Counted from the first letter of the stretch, positions 1-9,521 are shown. The stretch: DNA of 64,000 nucleotides from an uncultured Gemmatimonadota bacterium (GCA_964576115.1 CAZNUA010000009.1:20364-84363), one strand, 5' to 3'. The notes: generated by a model from the letters alone, not told the origin. Program-made: numbers and translations.

Positions 1-693
1 AACGCCGATTTCCGCCACTCCCTGGCGATCACCTTCCTCTATACCCTGCACGTGCCGGTCTCGATGGCCCTGGCCCTGGGGCTGGCCCTGCTCCTGAACC
101 GGCCCCGGCGGGGTGTGGGTCTGTTCCGGACCCTGTTCTTCCTGCCCTCCATCACCAGTTTCGTGGCCATTGCGATGGTCTGGGAGTGGATCTACAATCC
201 CGACTTCGGCCTGGCCAACGTCGCCCTGGGGCTCTTCGGCCTGGACGGCTCGGGGTGGCTGACCAATCCCGCGACCGCCCTGGTGAGCCTGATGCTGATG
301 GCGATCTGGATCAGCATGGGCTATCAGATGGTGATCTTCCTGGCCGGCCTGCAGGGCATTCCCCACACCCTGCACGAGGCGGCGGTGATCGACGGGGCGG
401 GACCGGTGCGCCGGTTTTTCCGCATCACTCTGCCCCTGCTCAAGCCCACCATCTTCTTCGTGCTCGTGACCAGCCTGATCGGTTCCTTTCAGGTCTTCAC
501 CCAGGTCTACATCATGACCGACGGAGGACCGGTGCGGGCCACCGACGTAGTCGTCTACCATATCTATTCGGCGGCCTGGGATCAGTTCCGGATGGGCAGC
601 GCGGCGGCGATGTCGTGGGTGCTGTTCGTCATCGTCATGCTGCTGACCCTGCTGCAGTTCCGTCTGGCCGGGCGGGAGGTCTCCTATGTCTGA
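1..693 (+). CDS. Carbohydrate ABC transporter permease (MalF/UgpA-like), 5'-truncated by window edge
   Basis: Frame 1 is open from base 1 (NADFRHSLAITFLYTLHVPVSM...). EAA motif EAAVIDGAG and multiple TM segments. Confidence 0.93.
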   Translation, partial: NADFRHSLAITFLYTLHVPVSMALALGLALLLNRPRRGVGLFRTLFFLPSITSFVAIAMVWEWIYNPDFGLANVALGLFGLDGSGWLTNPATALVSLMLMAIWISMGYQMVIFLAGLQGIPHTLHEAAVIDGAGPVRRFFRITLPLLKPTIFFVLVTSLIGSFQVFTQVYIMTDGGPVRATDVVVYHIYSAAWDQFRMGSAAAMSWVLFVIVMLLTLLQFRLAGREVSYV

Positions 694-1546
694 TCGGGGG
701 GTCGAACTCGCAGTGGTGCGCGGGCCCCTGGCCCGGTTGAGCGACGGCCTGACCTACGCCGTGCTCGTCGTGGGCGGTCTGACCATGCTGGCCCCCTTCC
801 TCTGGATGGTCTCGACCAGCCTGATGGACTCCTTCGAGGTCTTCAGCTTCCCCCCCCGCCTCGTGCCCGAGATCGTGCAGTGGAGCAATTACCCCGAGGC
901 CCTGACCGCCCTGCCCTTCGGGCAGTTCTTCCTCAACTCGGCCATCATGGCGGTCTGCATCGTCTCGGGACAGCTGCTGATCTGCTCGCTGGCCGGCTAC
1001 GCCTTCGCGCGGCTCACCTTCCCCGGGCGCGACCGTCTCTTCGTGCTCTTCCTGGCCAACCTGATGATTCCGGTGATCGTGCTCATCATTCCCCGCTTCC
1101 TGCTGGTGAGCATGGCGGGGGGGGTGGACACCTACTGGGGCCTGATCGTGCCCGAACTGGTGAGCGTGTACGGGATCTTCCTGATGCGGCAGTTCTTCCT
1201 GACCCTGCCGCGCGATCTGGAAGACGCGGCCCGCATCGACGGGGCGGGGGAATTCACCATCTGGCTCAGGATCGCCCTGCCCCTGTCCAAACCCGCCCTG
1301 GCCACCCTGGGGGTTTTCAGTTTCGTGGCCACCTGGCAGTCGTTTCTCTGGCCGCTGATCGTGACCCGCAGCCTGCAGATGCGTCCGGTCGAGGTGGGGA
1401 TCGCTTCCTTCCACGGTGCCTTCGAGACCAACTGGCCCTTCCAGATGGCGGCCGCGGTGACCGCGGTGGTGCCTCTGATTCTGCTGTTTCTCTTTACCCA
1501 GCGCTATTTCGTGCGCGGCATCGCCCTGACCGGCATGAAGGGGTGA
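686..1546 (+). CDS. Carbohydrate ABC transporter permease (MalG/UgpE-like)
   Basis: EAA motif DAARIDGAGEF, hydrophobic TM pattern, overlaps the upstream permease. Confidence 0.94.
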   Translation: MSDRGVELAVVRGPLARLSDGLTYAVLVVGGLTMLAPFLWMVSTSLMDSFEVFSFPPRLVPEIVQWSNYPEALTALPFGQFFLNSAIMAVCIVSGQLLICSLAGYAFARLTFPGRDRLFVLFLANLMIPVIVLIIPRFLLVSMAGGVDTYWGLIVPELVSVYGIFLMRQFFLTLPRDLEDAARIDGAGEFTIWLRIALPLSKPALATLGVFSFVATWQSFLWPLIVTRSLQMRPVEVGIASFHGAFETNWPFQMAAAVTAVVPLILLFLFTQRYFVRGIALTGMKG

Positions 1547-1568
1547 ACAGCGGGCCGGTTACCGTCGA

Positions 1569-2012
1569 TCAGTCGGCAACCTCCACCGGCTCACCGCCGT
1601 TGATGGTATAGCGGTGAAAAATCTCGGCCCCGGGAATGAGCGACTGGCTGACGATGCAGTAGGTGTCGCGGCTCAGACGAATCGCCTTCTCCAGTTTGTC
1701 GGGATCCAGATCGGAGCCGGTGAAGTGATAGAGGACCGTCAGGGTCTCGAAACGCTTGGGATAGGAATCGGGCAGGGTGGAGGTGACCTCGACTTCGAAG
1801 GCGTCGAGCTCGATTTTCATCTTGCCCATGATATGGATCACATCCATGCCGGTGCAGGCGCCCAGGGCGATGGGGAGCAGCTCGGTCGGGGTGGGACCGG
1901 TTTCGGGATCCTCGCGGTCCTTCCACCCGTCGAGGCGGATCGGCTTGCCGGTGTGACTCTCGGTTTCGAAGTGGTACCCCTCGACCCAGCGGCAGCGGGC
2001 GTTTCTCTCCAT
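1569..2012 (-). CDS. OsmC/Ohr family protein (YhfA-like)
   Basis: C-terminal 147 aa of the long track ORF 1569..4334. GPTPTELLPIALGACTGMDV and YCIVSQSL give the two family cysteines; SD GGGAGG upstream of the ATG at 2012. Confidence 0.9.
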   Translation of the reverse strand: MERNARCRWVEGYHFETESHTGKPIRLDGWKDREDPETGPTPTELLPIALGACTGMDVIHIMGKMKIELDAFEVEVTSTLPDSYPKRFETLTVLYHFTGSDLDPDKLEKAIRLSRDTYCIVSQSLIPGAEIFHRYTINGGEPVEVAD

Positions 2013-2119
2013 GGATCGTCCTCCCTGTGCTCGGTTCAACTCGGCGGCCACCAAGGTACGGTCTGTCGGAGGCGAGCGCCAGTGGGGGAACGACCGCAGG
2101 GGTACCCGAGCGGCCTGTC

Positions 2120-2148
2120 TTGACGTTGCCGGAAGGGCTCCGTAACGT
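2120..2148 (+). promoter_or_regulatory. Sigma70-type promoter, probably (near-)leaderless, for the GH63-like gene
   Basis: TTGACG (2120-2125), 17 nt, TAACGT (2143-2148), 8 nt, ATG (2157); no SD. Confidence 0.55.
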
Positions 2149-2156
2149 TTCGGGTT

Positions 2157-4604
2157 ATGCACACCATCGCCCGCAGCGACAAGTGGTACCTCGGGGGCGG
2201 AGATCGCCTGCTGTGGAGTCCCCCCTTTCCGGTCTGGCTCCGGCATCCCGGCCTGTGGGATGAGGTGCACTACTTCAACCGCGCTCTCTTCCCCTGTTTC
2301 ACCTGGACCCTGCTCGACGCCCGGGGCCGCCCCTGGCCGCTGCAGCGCAGCCGGCTGGCCTGGTCGCCGGCCGGTCTCTCGGCTCTGCTCGAACCCTCCG
2401 GCCTGTCCCTGCATGGCTCGCCCGTAGACGACGGCTTCACCGGCGGCGGTCGGGGCGAAGTCACCGCCTGGGAAGCCCTGGCCGTGACCGAGGAGGACCT
2501 GCTCTGTGCCGAGGTCACCGTCGAGGGTGACGACGCGGCCTGGGAAGGAGGGCTCTGGCTGGTGGTGTGGACCGCTCAGCCCGATACCGGCGGTCTCTAC
2601 GTTCTGCCCGATGGTCAGGAAACCAGCGCGCGCGATTTCGCCGCCGGAGAGTGGGGGGTGCTCTGGACCCGTACCATCATGCCCGCCAACCACCCGCGGT
2701 TGGAACTGCGCTGCCGCCTGAGCCTGGACCGTCCCGCCGATTCGTGGGCGGTGCAGTTCTCCGAAGGGCGTCCGGCCCAGCCGCACTGGGGTCTGACGCC
2801 GTGGTCGGGGCCGTGGGAGAAACCCGGTCTGCCGGGGGACGTGCGTCAGTCGGGCAACGCCCCCCACGGACTCTACTACGCCGGTCTGGCGGTCGAACTC
2901 GAGGGGGTGGGTGACGGGCGCGACACCGTCCTGGCGGCCTTCGACGTGCTCGGCGAGACGGGGGAAACCGCCGTCGCGAGCGAGCGGGTCGAGGCGGGCG
3001 CAGAAACGGTGCGCGACCATCCGGCCTGGGTCGAACTCATCCAGGCCGAGCGGGAGAGCGTCGCGAGCGCCGAACCGGATGTTGAAGGGCCGGTACCTTT
3101 CGGAGGCAGCGTGCCGGGGGTGCTGCTGCGGCACAGCGCCCGCAGCTGGGACCGCTCGCTGGCCGACAGCCCGGTTCTGGAATCGTCCGATCCCTGCCTG
3201 GCCGCGGCTTTCAGGCACCGCTGTTACGCCCTGCGCCTGCTCGAGGGCCGGGGCGGACACGGGCGCCAGGAGCAGCCGCACGTCTGCGAGGGAATCGGGT
3301 ACTTCCGGATCCCGATCGCCTACTCGGCCCACGCCCACATGCGCGATCTGCGCTGGCGCCGCTCCCCGACCGCGGCGCAGGGCAGCCTGCTCAATTTCAT
3401 CGCCAACCAGCTCCCCGACGGCTCCTTTCCCGGTCGCATCTATCACAATACCGACCGTAAAAGCGATTTCTACCTGGCTGACTGGGGGGCGGCGGCCCTG
3501 GCCGTGGACGCCGTCCATCCCGATCCGGTCTGGATCGAGCGGATCTACGAGCCGCTCGGCCGCTACGCGGCCTTCTTCGACACCGAACGCGATCGGGAGC
3601 AGTCGGGGCTCTACGATATCGTCAGCCACTACGAGACCGGTCAGGAGTACATGAGCCGATACATGGCGGTGCATTCTGAGGCCGACACGGTCGGGTGGGT
3701 ACCGAACATCAGGCTCAAGGCGATCGACGCCACCGTTTATGTCTACCGCCTCAAACGCGCCCTGGCCCGTTTCGCCCGGCGCCTGGGGCGGGAGGCAGAA
3801 GCCGACGACTGGGACCGGGGGGCCGACCGGATCGCGGTCGCGGTGCGCGAGCGGATGTGGGACGAGGACGAGAAGTGGTTCAGCGACGTCGATCCACGCA
3901 CCATGGAACCGACCGGGGTGAAGGCGGCGGTCGGCTTTTATCCCTTCATGACCGATATCGCGGGGGTCGAGCACACCGTCGCTATCTGGGAACATCTGCT
4001 CGATCCCGACCAGTTCTGGACCCCCTTTCCGGTGCCCGCCACCAGCGCCGACGATCCCTGGTTCGACCCCGACGCGCGCTGGAAGGGGAAGCGGATGAAC
4101 TGTCCCTGGAACGGGCGGGTCTGGCCGATGACCAATTCCCACGTCTTCGACGCCCTGCTGCGGGCCGCCCGTACTCTCGATGCCGGCCTGGCGCCTCACG
4201 CCGCCCACTTTCTGAAAAGATTCGTGACAATGCTCTTCACCGACGGCGATCCCGAACGGCCCAACACCTTCGAACACTATCATCCGTATACCGGCCGGCC
4301 CTGTTTTTACCGCGGTATTGACGACTACCTGCATTCATGGCTTCTCGATCCCATCCTGCAGGGGGCGGTGGGACTGCATCCACCCGAACTCGAGGGGGCC
4401 GATGTCGAGGCCGCCGCCGAGAGCGGGCTCGAACTCGACCCCCTGCCGACCGGGATCGAGCGGCTGCACTGCCGGGGCATACCCTGGCGCGGTCACCTGC
4501 TCGATGTCCAGCTCGAAGGCTCCCGGGCCCGGGTTGCGGTCGACGGCGCCGTCGTCGCCGAAGGGGATCGTTCGGCCGGACTCGTCATCCCGGTCCAGAC
4601 CTGA
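2157..4604 (+). CDS. GH63/MGH1-like glycoside hydrolase, (alpha/alpha)6 barrel
   Basis: C-terminal motifs YETGQEYMSRY, VDATVYVY, FYPF, WNGRVWP and FEHYHP resemble the MGH1/trehalase-like catalytic domain; sugar-ABC context. Confidence 0.75.
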   Translation: MHTIARSDKWYLGGGDRLLWSPPFPVWLRHPGLWDEVHYFNRALFPCFTWTLLDARGRPWPLQRSRLAWSPAGLSALLEPSGLSLHGSPVDDGFTGGGRGEVTAWEALAVTEEDLLCAEVTVEGDDAAWEGGLWLVVWTAQPDTGGLYVLPDGQETSARDFAAGEWGVLWTRTIMPANHPRLELRCRLSLDRPADSWAVQFSEGRPAQPHWGLTPWSGPWEKPGLPGDVRQSGNAPHGLYYAGLAVELEGVGDGRDTVLAAFDVLGETGETAVASERVEAGAETVRDHPAWVELIQAERESVASAEPDVEGPVPFGGSVPGVLLRHSARSWDRSLADSPVLESSDPCLAAAFRHRCYALRLLEGRGGHGRQEQPHVCEGIGYFRIPIAYSAHAHMRDLRWRRSPTAAQGSLLNFIANQLPDGSFPGRIYHNTDRKSDFYLADWGAAALAVDAVHPDPVWIERIYEPLGRYAAFFDTERDREQSGLYDIVSHYETGQEYMSRYMAVHSEADTVGWVPNIRLKAIDATVYVYRLKRALARFARRLGREAEADDWDRGADRIAVAVRERMWDEDEKWFSDVDPRTMEPTGVKAAVGFYPFMTDIAGVEHTVAIWEHLLDPDQFWTPFPVPATSADDPWFDPDARWKGKRMNCPWNGRVWPMTNSHVFDALLRAARTLDAGLAPHAAHFLKRFVTMLFTDGDPERPNTFEHYHPYTGRPCFYRGIDDYLHSWLLDPILQGAVGLHPPELEGADVEAAAESGLELDPLPTGIERLHCRGIPWRGHLLDVQLEGSRARVAVDGAVVAEGDRSAGLVIPVQT

Positions 4605-7600
4605 TGCTGAGGGTCGGATTCATCGCCCCGGGCGCCGGGCTGCGCAGCCTGAGCGAATCGGAACGCTACGCCTACGGCTGGATCTGCGAGCGGTCCGGCA
4701 TTGCGGCCCGGCTGCTGCCCGTCGCCGAGGCCGGCACCGGCGAGGTCGACATCCTCTGGTGGCATGCCGCCCGCTCGCTGCCCCCCGACACCGCTGTGCT
4801 GAAAACCGTCACCGGTATGCTGGCCGAAAGGATCGAAGCCGGTACGGCATTGCTGCTCACCGGTACCGCTCTGGCCGCTCTGCCCCTGCTGGGGCTCGAA
4901 GAGGAGCCCCCCCGCTCGAGCCCGGGCGAACCGTACGCCGGTCCGGTCGGCGAGCACGAACTGCGGGGGCACCTGACCTTTGCCGGGCATCCCGCCTTCC
5001 GTTCGTTCGGGACCGGGGCCTACACCTGGAAACCGGCCGCCGGAGTGCCGGTCTGGGACGCCTGGTACGAAGCGGCCGCCCCGCCGTGCGGACGCATCGT
5101 CTGCGTCGAACGCCGCTACATCGGTCTCGATCCGACCCGGTTCACCGGACTGTCCTGGGCGCGGGAGAGCAGCCGGGTCGGAGCGCTGGGAACCCACCTG
5201 CCTTTCCACGACCGAGCCAATCCATTGCGCAGCCACCTCGAACTGCTCGTCGAAGGCTGGCTGCGCTGGCTGGCGCAGCCACCCCCGGACCGCTCCGCCG
5301 GGGGCGGTCCCGGTGCCGGCGAACCGGACACGTTCCTTTATGCCGGCTTCAGAGCCGAGCAGCGCGACCGGGCCTGGCCGGTGCCCCGGCCCGGGGTGTG
5401 CGAGACCGCGCCCGATCCCGTCTGGGCCCAAAGCGATCTCCCCGCTCCCCTGTCTCCTCCCGCCCCGGGGGCCTTCGACGCGATCTGGAAGAGTGAGGCG
5501 CCTCGGGGGTGCGAGAGCGTGACCTCAGAACCCGGCGACGATTTCTTCGATGTCGTCGGCCGCCGCCACATCGTTCTGGGCCATGCCCGCTCCGGGGTGG
5601 CCGAAGCCTGGACCGGCGGATTGCGCCTCTTCCGGCGTCTGGCGCTGTCGTGGCAGGCACCCGGGGGCAAACCGGTCCTGCTCGACGATCCCCGCCGCTC
5701 CTGCTGCCGCCGCACCGCGCTACGACCCGGTTCGTGGCGCCGCGAACTCGAATTCCCCCCCGACGGCGCCGAGGCGGGCGCCGGCGGCGAGCTGCGCCAG
5801 ATCGTGGTCGCTCATCCCGAGTTGGGGGGCGGCGGCACCCTGATCGAGGTTTCCAGCCCTTCCGGCGGCACCCTGCACCTGGAGGGTCTGGCCGATCTGC
5901 GCCTGCAGTGGCCCCTGCCGGCCGGGATTCTCGCCCCGCTGGCCTGCAGTCATCCCGCCGGGGGCATTGTGGCCCTGCGGGGAAGCGAACGCGACATGGG
6001 GGGCGTCCTGGCCCTGACCGGGCCCCGGGGACCGGGCCGGTGGACCGCCGCTCCCGCCTCGGCTCCCGACCCGTCGGGAGCCGAGGAGGTCGCCGCCCTG
6101 CGTCTGCTCGGCGAGGTCGAACTGCCCCCCGGCCGGCACACCGTCTGCCTCGCCTGGGCGGCCTCGACCTCGGGCCCGCGTCCGCTCGAACGGGTTCTGA
6201 CGGAGCTCGTCGCCGATCCCGAACGCGTGGTCCGGCTCGCCGAGCTGCGCCTGAACCGGCTCACAACCGAGCGGGTGCGCCTCGAAACCCCCGACCGCGA
6301 CTTCGGTGAGGCATTCAACCGGGCCGTGGCGGGTCTCGACCCCTTCCTCTTCACCTCCGACAAAATGGGTTCGTCGCTGCTGGCCGGATTCAATGTCACC
6401 GGTCGCGACTGGCTGTCGGGCCGGCCGGGGTATGCCTGGTTCTTCGGTCGCGACTCGGTCTTCACCGCACTCGGTCTGCTGGCTCTCGGCGACCGGGAAG
6501 CGGCGCCCGCCACCCTGCGTTTTCTGGCCGCTCACCAGGAGTTCACCGGCAAGATCCTGCACGAGGCCACCCTGAGCGGCGTGGTGCACTACGACGCCGC
6601 CGACGCCACTCCCCTCTGGCTGATCCTGCTCGGCGCCTGGTACCGGGCGACCGGCGAGAACGGGCTGGTGCGCGAGCTCTGGCCCGCCGCCCGCCGGGCC
6701 TTCGATTTCTGCCGGCGCACCGACACCGATCGCGACGGTCTGATCGAGAATACCGGGGTCGGGCACGGCTGGATCGAGGGGGGTGCGCTCTACGGCGCCC
6801 ACGTCACCAGCTACCTGGCCGGAGTGTGGGCGGCTGCGGCCGACGCTTTTGCGGATTGCGCCGAGGCCGTGGGCCGGAGCGACTCAGCGAGCGAAGCCCG
6901 CCGCCTGGCCGGGCTGGCCCGGGGAGCGTTCGAAGACACCTTCTGGATCGAAGCCGAAGAACGCGGCACCGGCAGTGCGGGGCATTACGCCCTGGGGTTG
7001 AACCTCGACCGCTCGGTGCAGCCCGATCTGACCGTCATGCCCACCGTACCGATCGGGCTCGGTCAGACAGATCCCGTTCGGGCCCGCGCTCACCTCATGC
7101 CGCTGGCGGGCGAAGAGTTCAACGCCGACTGGGGAATGCGCATGGTCGGGCGCTCGCATCCCCATTTCGATCCCCGCGGCTACCACTACGGTTCGATCTG
7201 GCCCCTCTACACCGGCTGGACGGCCCAGGCCGAATACCGCACCCACCGGCACGAATCCGGCCTGGCCCACCTGCAGGCCGGTCTGGCGACCCTCTTCACC
7301 CCGCCCGCCGGCTGTCTCGAAGAGGTTCTGCACGGCGAGATCTACGGACCCGCCGGGGTCTGTCCCCACCAGGCCTGGTCGCACGCCACCCTGCTCCAGG
7401 CTGCGGTCGAGGGACTGATCGGCTGGCGTCCCGACGCCCGTCCCGGGGCCCGGAGTTCGCTCGTGCCCCACCTGCCCGAAGACTGGCACTCGCTGCGCTG
7501 CACCGGCCTGCGGGTGGGCGAGCGCCGCCTGAGCGCGGCCGTCGAAGGCGAGCCGGGCCGGCGCACCTGGCGGCTCGAGCTGGCGGGGGGAGAGGGACCC

Positions 7601-8185
7601 TTCGAACTGCGATTCTCGCCGGCCCTGCCACCCGAGGCGCGCCTCGAACGGCTGACCGTCGACGGTTCGGCCGAGCACGCCATCATCAGCGACACCACCG
7701 ACGGCCAGCACCTCGAACTCGACCTCACCCTGGTCCCGGGCCGGGCGGTCGAGATCGGGCTGGAGTATGTCTTCGACCTGGTCGTCGTCATTCCTCCGCC
7801 CGCTCTGGAGCCGGGCGCCCGATCGAGCCACTGGCGTCTGGTCGACCGCTGGTGGGAGGGTGGCGAGGGATCGACCGCCGCCCCCCCCGAGGCCTGCCGC
7901 CTGATCCTCGAGGGCCCCCCCGGTTCGCGGGCCGCGATCGACTGCCTGATGCCGGGGCGGCGGCCGAAGGCGGTGCTGGGAGCCGAATGGGCCGAACCTC
8001 CCCGCCGCGGCCGCGGGCGCCTGCTGGTGCAGTTTCCCGAAGCACCCGAGCCCCTCCACGACGGTCCGGCCGGCGCCGTCGATCACGCCGGAGCCATCGA
8101 TCCCGCAAACGCTGCTGGTCCGGCCGGCGCCCCAGACACCACCGTACGCTATACCGCGGTCGTGGTGCAGGTCTCGTTCGGGTGA
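4604..8185 (+). CDS. Amylo-alpha-1,6-glucosidase (glycogen debranching GDE_C-like) multidomain protein
   Basis: ATG at 4604 overlaps the upstream TGA. Motifs GYAWFFGRDS, DAADATPLW, GHGWIEGG, YHYGSIWP, CPHQAWS. Confidence 0.78.
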   Translation: MLRVGFIAPGAGLRSLSESERYAYGWICERSGIAARLLPVAEAGTGEVDILWWHAARSLPPDTAVLKTVTGMLAERIEAGTALLLTGTALAALPLLGLEEEPPRSSPGEPYAGPVGEHELRGHLTFAGHPAFRSFGTGAYTWKPAAGVPVWDAWYEAAAPPCGRIVCVERRYIGLDPTRFTGLSWARESSRVGALGTHLPFHDRANPLRSHLELLVEGWLRWLAQPPPDRSAGGGPGAGEPDTFLYAGFRAEQRDRAWPVPRPGVCETAPDPVWAQSDLPAPLSPPAPGAFDAIWKSEAPRGCESVTSEPGDDFFDVVGRRHIVLGHARSGVAEAWTGGLRLFRRLALSWQAPGGKPVLLDDPRRSCCRRTALRPGSWRRELEFPPDGAEAGAGGELRQIVVAHPELGGGGTLIEVSSPSGGTLHLEGLADLRLQWPLPAGILAPLACSHPAGGIVALRGSERDMGGVLALTGPRGPGRWTAAPASAPDPSGAEEVAALRLLGEVELPPGRHTVCLAWAASTSGPRPLERVLTELVADPERVVRLAELRLNRLTTERVRLETPDRDFGEAFNRAVAGLDPFLFTSDKMGSSLLAGFNVTGRDWLSGRPGYAWFFGRDSVFTALGLLALGDREAAPATLRFLAAHQEFTGKILHEATLSGVVHYDAADATPLWLILLGAWYRATGENGLVRELWPAARRAFDFCRRTDTDRDGLIENTGVGHGWIEGGALYGAHVTSYLAGVWAAAADAFADCAEAVGRSDSASEARRLAGLARGAFEDTFWIEAEERGTGSAGHYALGLNLDRSVQPDLTVMPTVPIGLGQTDPVRARAHLMPLAGEEFNADWGMRMVGRSHPHFDPRGYHYGSIWPLYTGWTAQAEYRTHRHESGLAHLQAGLATLFTPPAGCLEEVLHGEIYGPAGVCPHQAWSHATLLQAAVEGLIGWRPDARPGARSSLVPHLPEDWHSLRCTGLRVGERRLSAAVEGEPGRRTWRLELAGGEGPFELRFSPALPPEARLERLTVDGSAEHAIISDTTDGQHLELDLTLVPGRAVEIGLEYVFDLVVVIPPPALEPGARSSHWRLVDRWWEGGEGSTAAPPEACRLILEGPPGSRAAIDCLMPGRRPKAVLGAEWAEPPRRGRGRLLVQFPEAPEPLHDGPAGAVDHAGAIDPANAAGPAGAPDTTVRYTAVVVQVSFG

Positions 8186-8231
8186 CGATCAGGAACGCTC
8201 AGCGGGTATCACGCCGCTCCTGAGGTGGCGT

Positions 8232-9332
8232 TCAGATATCGTGTAAAGAGTAACTCGTGCTCCGTCCCCCCTCGGGATTCTTTGTCAGAACTCCCCGGTC
8301 GACGAGATCGGTGATATCCCGCCAAGCAGTATCCTGCGAGCAGCCGGCCATCCTGGCCCATTTCGAAGAGGTCAGCCGGCCTTCCAACCCGTCGAGGATA
8401 CGGTTGAGCATGGTGATCTGGCGTTCGGTAAATGATTCGGCGGCGTATTGTTCCCAGAAGCGTGCTTTGCGGGTGCTGTCCATTAAGGTCTCCCCGGCTC
8501 GCTCGATCGCCCGGGCAAAACAGGCCAGGAACCACTCCAGCCAGGGGGTGATATCGAGCGATCCCCGCTGAGTCGACTCCAGCCGGTGATAGTACTCCCG
8601 GCGTTCGGCTCTGATCTGGGATGACAGGCTGTAGAACCGGCGTTCGTTCTGCTCGCCGCGGGCCAGAACCATCTCGGCAATCGCCCGGGCAATCCGACCG
8701 TTCCCGTCCTCGAAGGGATGGATCGTAACGAACCAGAGGTGTGCGATTCCGGCTTTGAGAACCGGATCCGGGTCCGCTTCTGATTCGAACCACTCCAGAA
8801 ATCGCTCGATCTCGGATTCGATCCGGTCGGCCGGCGGGGCCTCGAAGTGAACCTGGCGCCGGCCGATCGGCCCCGAGACGACCTGCATCGGACCTGACCT
8901 GTCATCCCGCCACTGACCGGTCAGGATAGATTGCAGGCCACTGTATTGCGTCGGGAAAAGAGCTGCCTGCCAGCGCTTGAGACGTTCGGCCGTCAGGGGA
9001 CGATTGAAAGAATGAGTGGCATCGAGCATGACCTCGACAATCCCCTCGACATTGCGTTCGACCTGATCCACGCCGCCGATGTCGATCCCGAGCCGGCTGG
9101 CCAGGGAAGAGCGGACCTGGGAGGTCGAGATGATTTCACCTTCGATTTCGCTCGTACTGACGACTTCCTCCGTCAGGGTGGCCAGGACCGACTCCTGTTG
9201 GATCGTAAAACCAAGCGCCTGCATTCGTCCCAACAGTAATCCCTGCTCATGCCGGGTTCGGGCCAGAGGTTGAGTGAGTCGAGACGTGTCGAAAGTGACC
9301 TCGGGCCAGTTCGCGCGCTGCCACAGATACAT
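8232..9332 (-). CDS. Fic family protein with N-terminal DUF4172-like region and C-terminal winged HTH
   Basis: The translation comes from the minus strand (CAT at 9330-9332, TCA at 8232-8234); the + label in the track is wrong. Fic motif HPFEDGNGRIAR, inhibitory motif TSEIEG, wHTH-like end SQDTAWRDITDLVDRGVL..GGRSTSY. Confidence 0.93.
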   Translation of the reverse strand: MYLWQRANWPEVTFDTSRLTQPLARTRHEQGLLLGRMQALGFTIQQESVLATLTEEVVSTSEIEGEIISTSQVRSSLASRLGIDIGGVDQVERNVEGIVEVMLDATHSFNRPLTAERLKRWQAALFPTQYSGLQSILTGQWRDDRSGPMQVVSGPIGRRQVHFEAPPADRIESEIERFLEWFESEADPDPVLKAGIAHLWFVTIHPFEDGNGRIARAIAEMVLARGEQNERRFYSLSSQIRAERREYYHRLESTQRGSLDITPWLEWFLACFARAIERAGETLMDSTRKARFWEQYAAESFTERQITMLNRILDGLEGRLTSSKWARMAGCSQDTAWRDITDLVDRGVLTKNPEGGRSTSYSLHDI

Positions 9333-9363
9333 GGTACCGTCTCCCTGCTGGACAGTGATAATA

Positions 9364-9433
9364 TCCGTAATTTATGCGGAGATTATACTATGCTGGGGAA
9401 GAAAATCAAGCTATTATTCGCATATTTTGCGGA
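9364..9433. promoter_or_regulatory. Pair of imperfect palindromic operators (TCCGCA-N5-TGCGGA consensus) flanking the Fic promoter
   Basis: TCCGTA-ATTTA-TGCGGA (9364-9380) and TTCGCA-TATTT-TGCGGA (9417-9433), centres 53 bp apart. An extra perfect inverted repeat TGCGGAGAAT/ATTCTCCGCA lies at 9428-9455. Confidence 0.5.
9382..9409 (-). promoter_or_regulatory. Sigma70-type promoter of the Fic gene
   Basis: Minus strand TTGATT, 16 nt, TATAAT; SD-like GGGAG upstream of the ATG. Confidence 0.6.
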
Positions 9434-9521
9434 GAATGGATGCATATTCTCCGCACGGGACAGTTTCAGCGGACCGGCCGGATGGAAGGGAGAGGAGACA
9501 GATGTCCGATGGGACGATCTC

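Noticed and set aside
8232-9332. ORF track lists the 366-aa Fic ORF on the + strand
   Set aside because: The given translation matches only the reverse complement (CAT at 9330-9332, TCA at 8232-8234), so I annotated it as minus.
8199-9473. TCAGCGG on both sides of the Fic gene as a target-site duplication
   Set aside because: Only 7 bp in GC-rich sequence, with no transposase or terminal inverted repeats.
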